A stretch of DNA of 64,000 bases from Nemertoderma westbladi (lineage: Eukaryota; Animalia; Xenacoelomorpha): positions 18,498 to 82,497 of the forward strand of contig JAUCBJ010002518.1 of the NCBI GenBank assembly GCA_032718475.1, read 5' to 3'. Position 1 is the first letter of the stretch, and each line of letters starts with the position of its first letter. A program made the position numbers and the translations under genes. Below, in pieces: positions 1 through 12,065 of the stretch. A model generated the notes under the pieces. It did not search any database and was not told where the DNA came from. It saw only the letters and a list, made by a program, of their open reading frames with translations.

Positions 1-306
1 AGTAGTTAGATTGAACGTTATTTTGTTGTCCCTTTTTAAAAGTTTGAAACCGTGGTTGGAGGAATGAAGTTTATTATCGTCGAGGGTTTGATATTGTCCA
101 TCGTGAAGTTCGTAGCAGGCGCGGAAAATAAAGTGCGCGTAGTTTGCTGGAATCGGGATGGGTTGGTTTAAGGTTGTATTTATCGTTAACGGGAAGAGTT
201 TGTTCGCCGGATCGAAATATAGACCAAACGATTTGTCTTGTAGCATAAACTGATTTTCGTTGCAAACCAGATCGTTGCTTGAATAGCTGATTTCTGAATG
301 TGCCAT
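1..306 (-). CDS. Partial ORF of unknown function (MAHSEISYSSNDLVCNENQFMLQDKSFGLYFDPANKLFPLTIN...), cargo of a Polinton-like element, runs off window start
   Basis: ATG at 306 followed by 102 stop-free codons to position 1 (manual translation; absent from the ORF track because there is no stop). Lies downstream of a TATA/CCAAT module inside the element terminus. Confidence 0.55.
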   Translation of the reverse strand, partial: MAHSEISYSSNDLVCNENQFMLQDKSFGLYFDPANKLFPLTINTTLNQPIPIPANYAHFIFRACYELHDGQYQTLDDNKLHSSNHGFKLLKRDNKITFNLTT

Positions 307-329
307 TGTGATTGTGTACCGGTAACTCG

Positions 330-1632
330 TTTAGGAAATAAAAATAAATAAATACTTTTACGAAAATAATTAAAACTTTTCAGGAAAACAAAGAGACAAT
401 GATTGGGAATGTGGTGAATGGGGGCTATTATAGAGGGGGCTAGAATGGGTTAGCCAATCAGGGAACAGGAGGGAGAAAAGACTGTATAATTAAACCAATC
501 AGAGAGCAGCTTTGATGACGTCACATCAGGCGAGATAATGATTGCCCAATGTTATTCAATGGTAGGCAGAGTGGCGCCATTGAATAACGAAGACAAAGGG
601 GCCGCGAGAGGAAAGATTATAAAGTTAACGATAAGGGATCTATAAACCATAGAGCTAGAAATAGACATTATGTCATAGTGATCTCATTGGTAATATAAAA
701 ACTAATTAATCTAAAAATAGAAATCAATATATAAAATAAAAGTAATACAATTAATTAATTTAAAATAAAGTACAAATGAATAAATAAAGTAAAATAGAAT
801 ACAAATAATTAATTAAAATTAAATATAAATAAATAGGTATTAATGAATAAAAGAAACATACCGGTATTACAACTATCGGTGGGTGTAACATACCGGTATT
901 ACAACTACCGGTAGGTGTAACAGAGGGGGCGGGGCGCTTGGATACAACTATTATTAATAAGCTGTTGCTTGGTTAAAGCTAATTGGGGGTCAAAGGTCAA
1001 AGGTCAACGATAAAGCTGTCTGGAGTAATTAGTTAGCAGTAGGGGAGCTGTATACCCTAGGGCTAAATAAGGCTGCAAGTCTATGGTTAGATGCTTCCAA
1101 TAATGATCTCATTTAGTAGCGGTAAGTAATATAAAAACTAATTAATCTAAAAATAGAAATCAATGTATAAAGTAAAAGTAATACAATTAATTAATTTAAA
1201 ATAAAGTACAAATGAATAATTAATTTAAAATTAAATATGAATAAATAAAGGTAAATAAAATATAGATAATTAATTAAAATTAAATATAAATAAATAACAG
1301 AGCTGTGGTGTCACTTATGACACCCTCTTGAGCCGGCTCTGCGACAGTTGGACAACACTGATGACCCATTGTGTGTCAGGGCGCTAATCAGTCTGATTAA
1401 TTAGGATAATCAATTAAACCCTAATAGGACACATGTTAGGGTTTAATTGTACTAATTAATTGATGACACCTGTCAATTAGGGTCTAATTAGCCTAATTGG
1501 GAGGTGCCACCCAGACAGTCTGGCGCCAATGACACCCAATGACACCCATAGGGTGATAATTGGGTGTCATATGACACCCAATGGGTGTCAGTTGGGTCCA
1601 ACTGTCGCAGAGCCGGCCAAGACCCTACTACT
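330..1632. mobile_element. Right terminus (TIR) of a Polinton/Maverick-like element
   Basis: Ends ...CCAAGACCCTACTACT at 1632. It is a reverse-complement homologue of 7276-8110 and a direct homologue of 44010-44186. AGTAGT/ACTACT termini are typical of Polintons. Confidence 0.7.
400..530 (-). promoter_or_regulatory. CCAAT/TATA promoter-like module facing into the element
   Basis: Minus-strand CCCCTCTATAATAGCCC, with CCAATCAG boxes at ~454 and ~495 and TGACGTCA at ~516. The same module recurs at ~7960-8050, ~10540-10680 and ~42095-42200. Confidence 0.5.
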
Positions 1633-2012
1633 AACACCGACAATATGGAATGCCCTGCCTCAAGAAATTCGAGAATCCGAAACGTTACAAAAAGTCACTA
1701 AAAACTCATTATTTAAATCTGGAATACAATAACTAGAAATTTTTAACTTGAGTGTATTACTAGCTTTATCTGTGCTTTTAATAATTGATTGCGCCTTGCA
1801 TAAACTCTGATAAGGCGCTATATAAATATTATATATTACTATTATTATCAGTTAATCCCAAGATTCAGGAAGAGGTAAACTTCAGTCATCAATTTTTTAA
1901 CAATAACTTACTTCGCCTATGCTATGTGCACATTATACTTCCAATCATTTGTGTTTGCCAGTGTTCAAATGTCTTATTGTGATAATTGTTGATTACTATT
2001 TCCTAAATATAG

Positions 2013-2212
2013 GTAGAGCTCACAACATTGGATTGCTCCTAAATATCGAATCCTACGATTATTCTCCACAATATGGCGCCAATGCATCGGCATACCAACC
2101 TGCAGCATTTTATTTAGCAATACATGGAACAGATGCGATACCTGATTTCTCTTCATCAACTTTTACTCTGAATGGAGGCTCCAGCACTAAAATTGGCATA
2201 AACATGCGACTG
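2013..2212 (+). CDS. DEG/ENaC (ASIC-like) channel exon, extracellular beta-ball/palm region
   Basis: Acceptor TATAG| and donor |GTAAGT. Encodes (G)RAHNIGLLLNIESYDY...FYLAIHGTDAIPDF...TFTLNGGSSTKIGINMRL, resembling the GL.L.L..E..EY...G..V.IH....P motif. Phase 0 joins the next exon. Confidence 0.8.
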
Positions 2213-2587
2213 GTAAGTGAATTAGGAACCGAGAGTTTACTTACGGTAAGAATTTGTCAAGGCTGGCTGACAGCCCTAATAATTTCCAGGTGCATAGTAG
2301 GCCAGTCCATATGCTTAGCTACACCACCCATCCAAAAAAAACGTCATAGACGCAATGTACCAGCTGGTGCTCATGACATTTTTTGATGGGCCTTAGTGCC
2401 TGAGTACTAACAGTGGCCCAAGTGGCCCTAAATTCTAGGTAGTATCTGAGGGAATAAGACCCCATTTCCGATTTTATTGTTTTCATATTCATAAATGACT
2501 CTCAGATTTATAACCAGAAATTCTGATTTGTAACCAGGAACTCGTAACCGCTTTCGTAACCAAAAAATTCGTAAGAAATAGTCAGTT

Positions 2588-3788
2588 CCCTTATAGGTAC
2601 CCTTATAGGTACCCTTATCGGACCCTTATCGGACCCTTATCGGACCCTTATAGGTACCCTTATAGGTACCCTTATCGGACCCTTATCGGACCCTTATAGG
2701 TACCCTTATAGGTACCCTTATCGGACCCTTATCGGACCCTTATAGGTACCCTTATCGGACCCTTATCGGACCCTTATCGGACCCTTATAGGTACCCTTAT
2801 CGGACCCTTATAGGTACCCTTATAGGTACCCTTATCGGACCCTTATCGGACCCTTATCGGACCCTTATAGGTCCCCTTATCGGACCCTTATAGGTACCCT
2901 TATAGGTACCCTTATCGGACCCTTATCGGACCCTTATCGGACCCTTATAGGTACCCTTATCGGACCCTTATAGGTACCCTTATAGGTACCCTTATCGGAC
3001 CCTTATAGGTACCCTTATAGGTACCCTTATCGGACCCTTATAGGTACCCTTATAGGTACCCTTATCGGACCCTTATCGGACCCTTATCGGACCCTTATAG
3101 GTCCCCTTATCGGACCCTTATAGGTACCCTTATAGGTACCCTTATCGGACCCTTATCGGACCCTTATCGGACCCTTATAGGTACCCTTATCGGACCCTTA
3201 TAGGTACCCTTATAGGTACCCTTATCGGACCCTTATCGGACCCTTATCGGACCCTTATAGGTACCCTTATCGGACCCTTATAGGTACCCTTATAGGTACC
3301 CTTATCGGACCCTTATCGGACCCTTATCGGACCCTTATCGGACCCTTATCGGACCCTTATCGGACCCTTATCGGACCCTTATCGGACCCTTATAGGTCCC
3401 CTTATCGGACCCTTATAGGTACCCTTATAGGTACCCTTATCGGACCCTTATCGGACCCTTATCGGACCCTTATAGGTACCCTTATCGGACCCTTATAGGT
3501 ACCCTTATAGGTACCCTTATCGGACCCTTATCGGACCCTTATCGGACCCTTATAGGTACCCTTATCGGACCCTTATAGGTACCCTTATAGGTACCCTTAT
3601 CGGACCCTTATCGGACCCTTATCGGACCCTTATCGGACCCTTATCGGACCCTTATCGGACCCTTATCGGACCCTTATCGGACCCTTATCGGACCCTTATC
3701 GGACCCTTATAGGTACCCTTATCGGACCCTTATCGGACCCTTATCGGACCCTTATCGGACCCTTATCGGACCCTTATCGGACCCTTAT
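2588..3788. repeat. Intronic minisatellite of interleaved 11-bp CCTTATCGGAC and 12-bp CCTTATAGGTAC units
   Basis: Directly visible ~1.2-kb tandem array. Confidence 0.95.
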
Positions 3789-4001
3789 ATGCCCGTCACT
3801 AGTTTTAATTTGTTGGGAAATCTTAGATATTTTCAATTTTAAATCATAAAATTTCGTTGAGAGTAGCTGTAGAGTAGCTGTAGTGCCATTTGTTTGTTAA
3901 TGATGATTGATAATGGCGATACTTATTTATCATCACGGGACTTTACAAAGACTTATATTAAACGTGTATTAATATAATGTAATAATGTTTATATATTTTA
4001 G

Positions 4002-4212
4002 TTTCGACGAATTAACACATTGGGTTCGAGTTGCATAAAGGAAAACACTCTCCAATATTACAAAGAGTATTCTCTATCAACATGTATAAGTGAATGCGAA
4101 GCAAAATACCTAATCAATAAATGTGGCTGTGCTGAAGAAACTTTTGGTGCGAATTTTACCAATGTAAGAAAATGTTTCCCAAATGATTTAGGAGAATGCA
4201 CCTTCCCAACGC
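4002..4212 (+). CDS. DEG/ENaC exon, cysteine-rich thumb domain
   Basis: Acceptor TTTTAG| and donor |GTAAGT. Encodes FRRINTLGSSC...YSLSTCISECEAKYLINKCGC...C...C, matching the DEG/ENaC Y-S-x-x-x-C-x-x-E-C-x7-C-x-C signature. Confidence 0.88.
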
Positions 4213-4899
4213 GTAAGTATGAAACAAATGCATTGATTCAACAAGAACCATACCAGAAATAAACCTAACAAACATACACATTTATTATCTCTGCACAATG
4301 CATGAAAGTTATAAGGGGAAAAAGGAAGTGGGAAAACAGAAACTGCAACAACCATGGAGAATCAGGCAGCAGGACCTCAATTCCACTGTCCGCGCTCGTT
4401 TGACCTATTAGTAATGTATTCCCACCCATGATATTGAAAATATCATTCTGTTCGTTCGAAGGTTGCGTTCAGTTTTGCCTATGGCTGCCATAATCACAAA
4501 CTGTAGTTAATGAATGACGCAATAGAGATATTACATTGGCATACCGTTGTTGCCCTCCTCCACATGAGATAAACAGTACGTTGTACAATTTCGTCTAATT
4601 ATTATAAATTAAAATGGCCTTCAGCAAACGAGAATTCGAGAAATATTTGAATGCCTCACCATATACTCACACAGAATATCTCACCTGTTTCTCAACGAAA
4701 TTTAGACATTGTTACTAGTCATTGTATTTTACATATTTGGCATCCTTGTAATGCAAGTGTTATGTCATGGTATCTAGGCTAGTAGACGTAGTATGAGTCG
4801 CTTTCGTCCTAGATACCAATCGGGGGTGGTAGGTAATACAGTTAGGTATTACTTGTCGAAGGGGTCTTAATAGCTCTGGATCTCAGTGAAAACTCAACT

Positions 4900-5745
4900 G
4901 GACTTTATCTTCACATATTGACAGTGTATTGCCTGATAACCTTTTAGAAGTAAATGTGTCTGAGTCTGTACTCCCAGATATTCCCATTGGTGATATCTCC
5001 TTTGCTGAAGTGAAGGCTGCTGCAAAGAGCATTAAGACCAATCGTGCCAGTGGAGTAGATGGTGTTCCCCCTGAGGTCTTTAAAATACCTGAGTGTTTGG
5101 AGTCATTTATCCCATCATAGTAGACATGTACCGAACAACAAGAGTCCCACAAGAAATGAAAACAAATAAGTTGGTGCCAGTTCCCAAGAAGGGCAACCTA
5201 ACACTCTATGGTTATTTTCGGGGAATCTCATTGATCTCGATTGCTGCAAAGCTATACTATAGAATTCTATTAAATCGCATCAGGGATCCCAGTGAGAGAC
5301 TGCTCCGTGGAAATCAGAATGCATTCCGCAAAGCTTTTGGGACCAAGGAGCCCATTTTAAGACAGACATCTGACTGTTATCTTTGTTGACTTCTTCAAGG
5401 CCTTTGATTCAGTATCTTGCTCACGTATGTTCAGCATGCTTTCATTATGTGGGATTCCTGATGAAATTATTGCAGCAATCAGATCAGTATACGATGGTTC
5501 GACAACATTTGTGTCTACTGTTGATGGTGACACAGAGCCATTCGAAGTGTTATGGGGAGTCCTCCAGGGAGACACACTTGCACCATTCTTATTCAAAAGT
5601 GTGGCTGACTATGTTCTATGCATGTCCTTAGATCATCATAATGATGATGGGTGTGGGATGATGGTAACTCCACCTACTGGCTCCAGAAGTCGAGGAAATC
5701 CTGCCAAGTACCTAACTGATCTAGACTTTGCTGATCACTACAGGG
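4900..5745 (+). pseudogene. Degenerate non-LTR (LINE, RTE-like) reverse transcriptase fragment
   Basis: Frameshifted pieces: RASGVDGVPPEVFK, LVPVPKKGNL..FRGISL, QNAFRK, FVDFFKAFDSV, GVLQGDTLAPFLF, LDFAD. Confidence 0.85.
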
Positions 5746-5789
5746 TTCACAGCTGCTCCTCACCTCCTAAATGTTTTGTTTGTCCTCTT

Positions 5790-6020
5790 CATTATTAAGA
5801 GTTCAACTAGTTGGTCTTTTATTGCTTGTTTACATTGATCGATTTCCGCGTCTTTGAATTTGCATGATCGAGCTAGGTTTCTCAGAGCAAGATAGCAATC
5901 CTCTATGGATTCGCCCTCATCCTGGTGTCTTAGGCGAAATGTTCGTCGTTCCATTTTATTCCATTTACTCTTGTTAATTTTATATTTTATCCCAATCACT
6001 TTCGGTTTCGCTCTCATCAT
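5790..6020 (-). pseudogene. Ty3/Gypsy-type gag fragment
   Basis: ERRTFRLRHQDEGESIEDCYLALRNLARSCKF...IKDQLV matches the gag ER..F..R.Q..GES...LR.LA..C.F motif. Confidence 0.65.
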
Positions 6021-6182
6021 CGTAATATTTGGTAATACATTCTTTCACACGAACTGCACTATCACGTTTACTTACTCTAGGTTTACTTTCAGTTTCATTA
6101 ACTTGTATTTCTGTCGATATTGGATGAGGAATGATATCTTTGATATCCTTCATCTTACACTCTAAATTATAAAGTCTCTTAA

Positions 6183-6668
6183 GGGGGGGGGGGGGACATT
6201 TTCAAAGTGTTCAAAAAACCTTTCAAACGAGCCATAAATTATCGAATTTGGGTGAAAAACGGCGGAGGAGTAGTATTTTGAAAAATGGAAATATCGTGAA
6301 ATGTAATTCCGAGATAATTTGCTTTAAAATTTGAACCTTCCCGCTCAAACCTGACTGTCTGTAGTCTGTTAATCGGTCAGTAATGATTGACACTATGGCT
6401 TCATACCAACTCACTAAAATTATCAATATGGGGGTTTTCGGGGTCGGTGATTTCGTTTCTGATGTCAGTTTTAATGTTTGGTGGCATCTCATATGTCTGT
6501 CTTCTAAATTTTGACGGACAAACTGATAGACTGAAAGACAGCGATCTCGCCAAGCTGTTTCAAGATTTGAACTCCCCATTAAATTCTGCATCAGATGAAA
6601 TAGAAAACCAAAAATGTGAAAATTTTACCCAAGGAGGGGGGTACCCCCCCCCCCCCCCCCCCCTCCCC
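6183..6668. mobile_element. Non-autonomous DNA transposon with TTAA TSD and GGGG/CCCC termini (Kolobok-like)
   Basis: TTAA at 6179-6182 and 6669-6672 flank poly-G and poly-C ends. Confidence 0.45.
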
Positions 6669-8505
6669 TTAATGGGACGTTTCGAATAACCTGTGCTAAT
6701 TTTCACGGTGAGGCATATTGATGTTTCCATCAATCCCAGGGTGAACTGCGGTTATAAATCCAAGAGGCCATTGCATACGGGGTGCGTTGCCTTTAATTGG
6801 CTTAACGATGACAACCACTCCTATGTTAGGGATAATCAGATTCTTAGTTGTAGACCAACAACGATATTCGCACAAACTTGTAAGATATTCCAGAATTTTC
6901 AGGATTAAGGCTTAAGAATTTTCATTCTTAAGAGGAACGATTTAATCTTATTATGGCTAAATTGCTAGATGATACGAAAGTGGAAGAATTATCGCTTATC
7001 ATTCGATTCGGAGTGCCACGGCGGCTTATGAATCTACGAATTTACATTGCAAGGAAAGTTTATAATTTCACCAAAATGTTAGTAAAGATTTTTCGCATAA
7101 TGATATTGGGTTTGCTTTATTGATTTCAGTTTGAAACAACAATAGTTTACGTTACAACAGCTACTTCGGGGACGAGGCTTTTTTTAGGTCGACAAATCCA
7201 ATTGGCGAGGTTACATGCCCTCGTTTAGTAGATAAGTCGTTAAAAAATCAGACAAATTTCGGTTGCACTGGAAACAGTAGTAGGGTCTTGGGCGGCTTTG
7301 TCACAGTTGGACCCCATTCATGACTCATCGATGAGTCACAACACCCATAGAGTGTCATTGGGTGTCATTGGCGCCAGACAGTCGGGGTGTCACCCCCCAA
7401 TTAGGCTAATTAAACCCTAATTGAAGGGTGTCATCAATTAATTAGTACATTTAATCCCAAATATGTGTCTTACGATTCCTAATTAGGGTTTAATTGTTTA
7501 TGCTAATTAATCAGACCGACTAGCGCCCTAACACCTAATGGGTCATGAGTGATGTCCAACCATCACCTAGAGGCCCAGGTGGGTGTCATAAGTGACACCT
7601 CTGCTGTTTCCTAACTTCTTTAGCTATATCTAAGCAGCTTTAATGTTGACCTTTGACCCCAAGCAGCTTTAACCAAGCAGCAGGTTTTTAAAATTGGTTG
7701 TATCCAAGCCCCCCCCCCCCCCCCCCCCCCCCCCTCGTGACACCTCTGATAAGTAATTACACTTAGCTGTTTCCAAGCGCCCCATCCCCTCATCCAATAG
7801 ACTCTAATAATCCTATACTAATTAGCATAGGGTCCTCTATAGTAACCTATTTCTGTTATACCCCAAGGGTAATGAACCAACGGTCTTATCTTCGTTATTC
7901 AATGGTGCCTCTTTGGCTGCCATTGAATAACATTGGGCATGCCACAACTGGCCTCCCTCGAGTTCTGATTGGCTGCCTAACGCGCTCCGATTGGCTAATC
8001 AATTCTAGCCCCCCTCTATAATAGCCCTCGTTCACCGTATTCCCATTCATTATCTAATTTTTATTATTGAAAAGTTTTAGTTATTTTTCTTAAAAGTATT
8101 TATTTATTTATTTAATATCTTTCTTAAAGTAAGTATTTATTGTTACAATTATGTTATTGTATTATGGATAATTTAAATCGCCGCGATTCCGATTACCCCA
8201 CTCTAGGTAAACCGAGGATAGTAATAGATTTTCAATATTAAACTATTCATTCGCGGGACAAACAATCCACCAGCGCTACTGATGTTCCCCAGTCTGCCGC
8301 TAGAGGGCGAAATGTTTGATAGTGAAAACCTGATTTCATTCGATTGCTTTTAAACCATTTAGGTGAAACTTGGTAGACATCTACTATCTCATAGGCTATA
8401 CTTTACTGAGGAGGTTGATCGACCCGCAGTTGTCCCTGTCTGCTGCTAAAGACTCGAATTTAAGACCTGAGGCACTCCTAAAGTCTCGAGTTTTAGGTCT
8501 GAGCC

Positions 8506-8862
8506 ACAGATTATGCCTCACTGAGACACAGACTATGCCTCACACTGAGGCACAGACTATACCTCACTGAGGCGCAGACTATGCCTCACTGAGGCACAGA
8601 CTATGCCACACTGAGGCCGGGTCTATGCCTCACTGAGGCACTGAGGCACAGACTATGCCTCACTGAGGCTAAGACTATGCCTCACTGAGGCACAGACTAT
8701 GCCTCACTGAGGCACTAAGGCACAGAATATGCCTCACTGAGGCACTGAGGCACAGACTGTGCCTCTCTGAGGCTCAGACTATGCCTCACTGAGGTACTGA
8801 GGCACAGACTATGCCTCTCTGAGGCTCAGACTATGCCTCACTGAGGCACTGAGGCACAGATT
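8506..8862. repeat. 22-bp quasi-palindromic tandem repeat (CTGAGGCACAGACTATGCCTCA)
   Basis: Visible array; subterminal in the Polinton-like element. Confidence 0.92.
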
Positions 8863-9312
8863 AAGGGTCTAAGGCCTTCAAGCTGATCATTTGCTTAGTT
8901 TTCTAATTAGAAGGTCGTGTGTTCGAACCCTAGAAGAGCATTATTCTTTTTCTTAGCTCTAGGCTGACTCTAGTGTACACATACTTTGACTCTCCCAGCT
9001 ATAGTGATAGTATGCAACCTTGGGAGTTAATGCGCTGTCTTACGAGTAAAGGCCAAGAGATTAGACTTCAGGTTGCCTCCATTGATTTACTCTTCTTAAC
9101 TTTATAAAATAACTCAACCCTTATTTAAAGTTTTAAAAATTATGTCTTAGTAGACCAATTTTCCAAAGAATATTATAAAAACATATAATTTCTTGAATAA
9201 ATAGACCTAATAGTAATAAATATTGTGGGGTAAATACATTTATAATACTAATATAATTATTATGGATAAATAGCCCTAATACTATTATGAAAGGAACTCA
9301 AACAAACAAATG

Positions 9313-10281
9313 TCAATAGCGTCGTCCTGCGCGGGCATTTACTGAACGAGAGTTTTTTATCATAGGTCTTCGAAAATTAGTAAAAGCTGGTTGATTTACT
9401 TTACTTTCATCTTCCTCATTACCCAACTGTTTCTTAATTTTATTCAATTGTTCATTAATTTTCAGTAATTTACTTTTATTTCCCAGAACCTGTCTTAATA
9501 TCTCTTCTCTATTTTCCTCATTTTCTTCCATTTGTTTAATAAATTTCCGCATTTGATTTTTGTTTCCTAATATTTGTCTCAATATCTCTTCTTTATTTTC
9601 ATCATTCTCTTCTAAATGTTTAATAAATTTCTGTAATTTAATTTTACTTCCTAGGACTTGGGTCAATGTCGCCTCTTTATTTTCTTCATTTTCCTTCAAA
9701 TGTTTAATAATTTTCCGCAATTGATTCTTATTTCCAAGTAATTGCCTCTTTATTTCCTCATTATCATCATTTTCATCCTCTTCTCCACTTTCCTGATCTT
9801 CACTTTCTTCACCCTCTTTCTGACCTTCACTTTCTTCATCCTCTTCCCCGCCTTCACTTTCTTCATCCTCTTCCTGTTCTTCACTTTCTTCATCCTCTTC
9901 CTGTTCTTCACTTTCTTCATTCTCTTCCTGACCTTCGCTATCTTCACCCTCTTCTTGACCTTCACTTTCTTCATTCTCTTCCTGACCTTCGCTATCTTCA
10001 CCCTCTTCTTGATCTTCACTTTCTTCATCCTCTTCCTGATCTTCACTTTCTTCGTTCTCAACTTCACTCTCTTCAACTTCATCCTGACCCTCACTATTTT
10101 CATTCTCCATCTCATCATCCTCTTCTTCTCCATCTTTCTCACTCAAATTTTCCTCATTTTCTAGGGGTAACTGTTTTTGTATCCCTTTCAAAATATTCAT
10201 AACTTTATGAAATTTACTTTCCATTGTCTGTTTTATATTTAATATTATCACGCTCATCTCTCTTTTTCTTTTCATCTTCAC
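9313..10281 (-). CDS. Acidic (E/D-rich) repeat plus coiled-coil protein carried by the Polinton-like element; likely start MESKFHKV at 10224
   Basis: Open ORF with 11-aa EESEGQEEGED repeats and ~25-aa EEILRQILGNKNQ..KFIK.LEENE repeats. A second copy lies at 41022-41757. Confidence 0.55.
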   Translation of the reverse strand: MKMKRKREMSVIILNIKQTMESKFHKVMNILKGIQKQLPLENEENLSEKDGEEEDDEMENENSEGQDEVEESEVENEESEDQEEDEESEDQEEGEDSEGQEENEESEGQEEGEDSEGQEENEESEEQEEDEESEEQEEDEESEGGEEDEESEGQKEGEESEDQESGEEDENDDNEEIKRQLLGNKNQLRKIIKHLKENEENKEATLTQVLGSKIKLQKFIKHLEENDENKEEILRQILGNKNQMRKFIKQMEENEENREEILRQVLGNKSKLLKINEQLNKIKKQLGNEEDESKVNQPAFTNFRRPMIKNSRSVNARAGRRY

Positions 10282-10420
10282 TAAAAATATCTTCGGATTT
10301 TTTAAATTTTTTTGGTAATGGAGCCATTAGTTTTTCCTTTCTATGTGTTTCCATATGACGAGATAAATTGTCTTGTCTCATTTCTTTATTACAAACCAAA
10401 CAACTTTCATGTCTATGCAT
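10214..10420 (-). CDS. Small C2H2 zinc-finger protein
   Basis: CLVCNKEMRQDNLSRHMETH; conserved in the copy at 41772-41954; promoter-like module directly upstream. Confidence 0.55.
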   Translation of the reverse strand: MHRHESCLVCNKEMRQDNLSRHMETHRKEKLMAPLPKKFKKSEDIFSEDEKKKRDERDNIKYKTDNGK

Positions 10421-10882
10421 TATATAGCAATGTCAATTGATAATATTGAATTTTAGCTAAATGATTTTACAAAATTTTAAATAAATTAAACTTTTATGAA
10501 AATAAATAAAACTTTTTAATATAAAACTTAGAGAATGACTGGGAATGCGTTGAACGGGGGTTATTATAGAGGGAGGCTAGAATGGATTATCCAATCAGAG
10601 TGCGAGGGTGAGTTAGGCAGCCAATCAGGACTCGAGGGAGGAAAGTTAGACAGCCAATGAGAGAGTAGATGCGAGTACAGTGGTAAAGCCCATCCATAGT
10701 TTGATAACGTCACACTAACTCTCAAGGATAGTTATACTCACCATTCAAATATCCCTCGCAAACCAGATTCCCCCCCCCCCCCCCCCTAGCATCTAAAGTA
10801 TTCCACTTCAATGCAAAATATATAGAGCTTTAGTTGGATTTGAACCTGTGCTTGTAAACTTTTTTGTGCTCGTATATTGAAG

Positions 10883-11515
10883 TGAGGCATAGACTATGCC
10901 TCACTGAGGCATAGTCTATGCCTCAGTGAGTCATAGTCTATGCCTCAGTGCCTCAGTGAGGCATAGTCTATGCCTCAGTGAGGGATAGTCTATGCCTCAG
11001 TGCCTCAGTGAGGCATAGTCTATGCCTCAGTGAGTCATAGTCTATGCCTCAGTGCCGCAGTGAGGCATAGTCTATGCCTCAGTGAGGCATAGTCTATACC
11101 TCAGTGCCTCAGTAAGGTATAGTCTATGCCTCAGTGAGGCATAGTCTATCCCTCAGTGAGTCATAGTCTATGCCTCAGTGCCTCAGTGAGGTATAGTCTA
11201 TGCCTCAGTGAGGCATAGTCTTTGCCTCAGTGCCTCAGTGAGGCATAGTCTATGCCTCAGTGAGGCATAGTCTATGCCTCAGTGCCTCAGTGAGGCATAG
11301 TCTATGCCTCAGTGCCTCAGTGAGTCATAGTCTATGCCTCAGTGAGGCATAGTCTATGCCTCAGTGCCTCAGTGAGGCATAGTCTATGCCTCAGTGAGTC
11401 ATAGTTTATGCCTCAGTGAGGCATAGTCTATGCCTCAATGCCTCAGTGAGACATAGTCTATGCCTCAGTGAGACATAGTCTATGCCTCAGTGCCTCAGTG
11501 AGGCATAGTCTGTGT
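10883..11515. repeat. 22-bp tandem repeat (TGAGGCATAGTCTATGCCTCAG), inverted relative to 8506-8862
   Basis: Visible array. Confidence 0.92.
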
Positions 11516-12065
11516 CAGGTCTTAAATGAGAGTCTTACAAATTCGAACGTCAACGAACAAATTCGAAGGTTACTGTTCCACCTTGGTGTAGTGGTTGCGT
11601 TGAATTCACATCTCCCGTATGTCATGGGTTCGATCCTCACATGAACCAGGGCAGTTTTCGTTTGGTTAGCAATAGGCCTAACGTTGCAAAATGCAGTATT
11701 ATTGCCTAGTAACCAATTCATGGCTATCGTATGGTTTTCACTTTAAGACATTTCGCCCTCTAGCGGCAGCCTGGGGAACTTCAGACTACTCTGTGACTCT
11801 GCAAAAGATATGGCCTATGCCATAGTAGATGTCGATTGGGGGGTCAAATTAGGTAATAATATATCTAAATAAGCCTCAAACATCTTGCCTCATGGCTCGC
11901 CCCTTAGAACCCTTAAGCAATATAACTTCATAGTTTTGCGGATTGTAAATAACAAAGCTAGAGAAGATGTTAATTTTTAAATAATACGCCCTCTAGCGGT
12001 AGACAGGGGAACTTCATACTACTCTGTGACTCCGCAAAAGATATAGCCTATGCCGTAGTAGATGG

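Noticed and set aside
1-6. AGTAGT at the window start as a Polinton left terminus
   Set aside because: The following sequence does not match the TIR (AGTAGTAGGGTCTTG) and lies within an open ORF; coincidental.
1919-2386. Full ORF-track proteins at 1919-2386, 4020-4262 and 50677-50937 as standalone genes
   Set aside because: Each contains an exon bounded by AG/GT sites; the extensions are intronic.
9742-10164. Hydrophobic F/L-rich and K-rich ORFs overlapping the acidic ORF (also 41297-41697)
   Set aside because: Antisense or alternative-frame shadows of the GAA-rich repeat.
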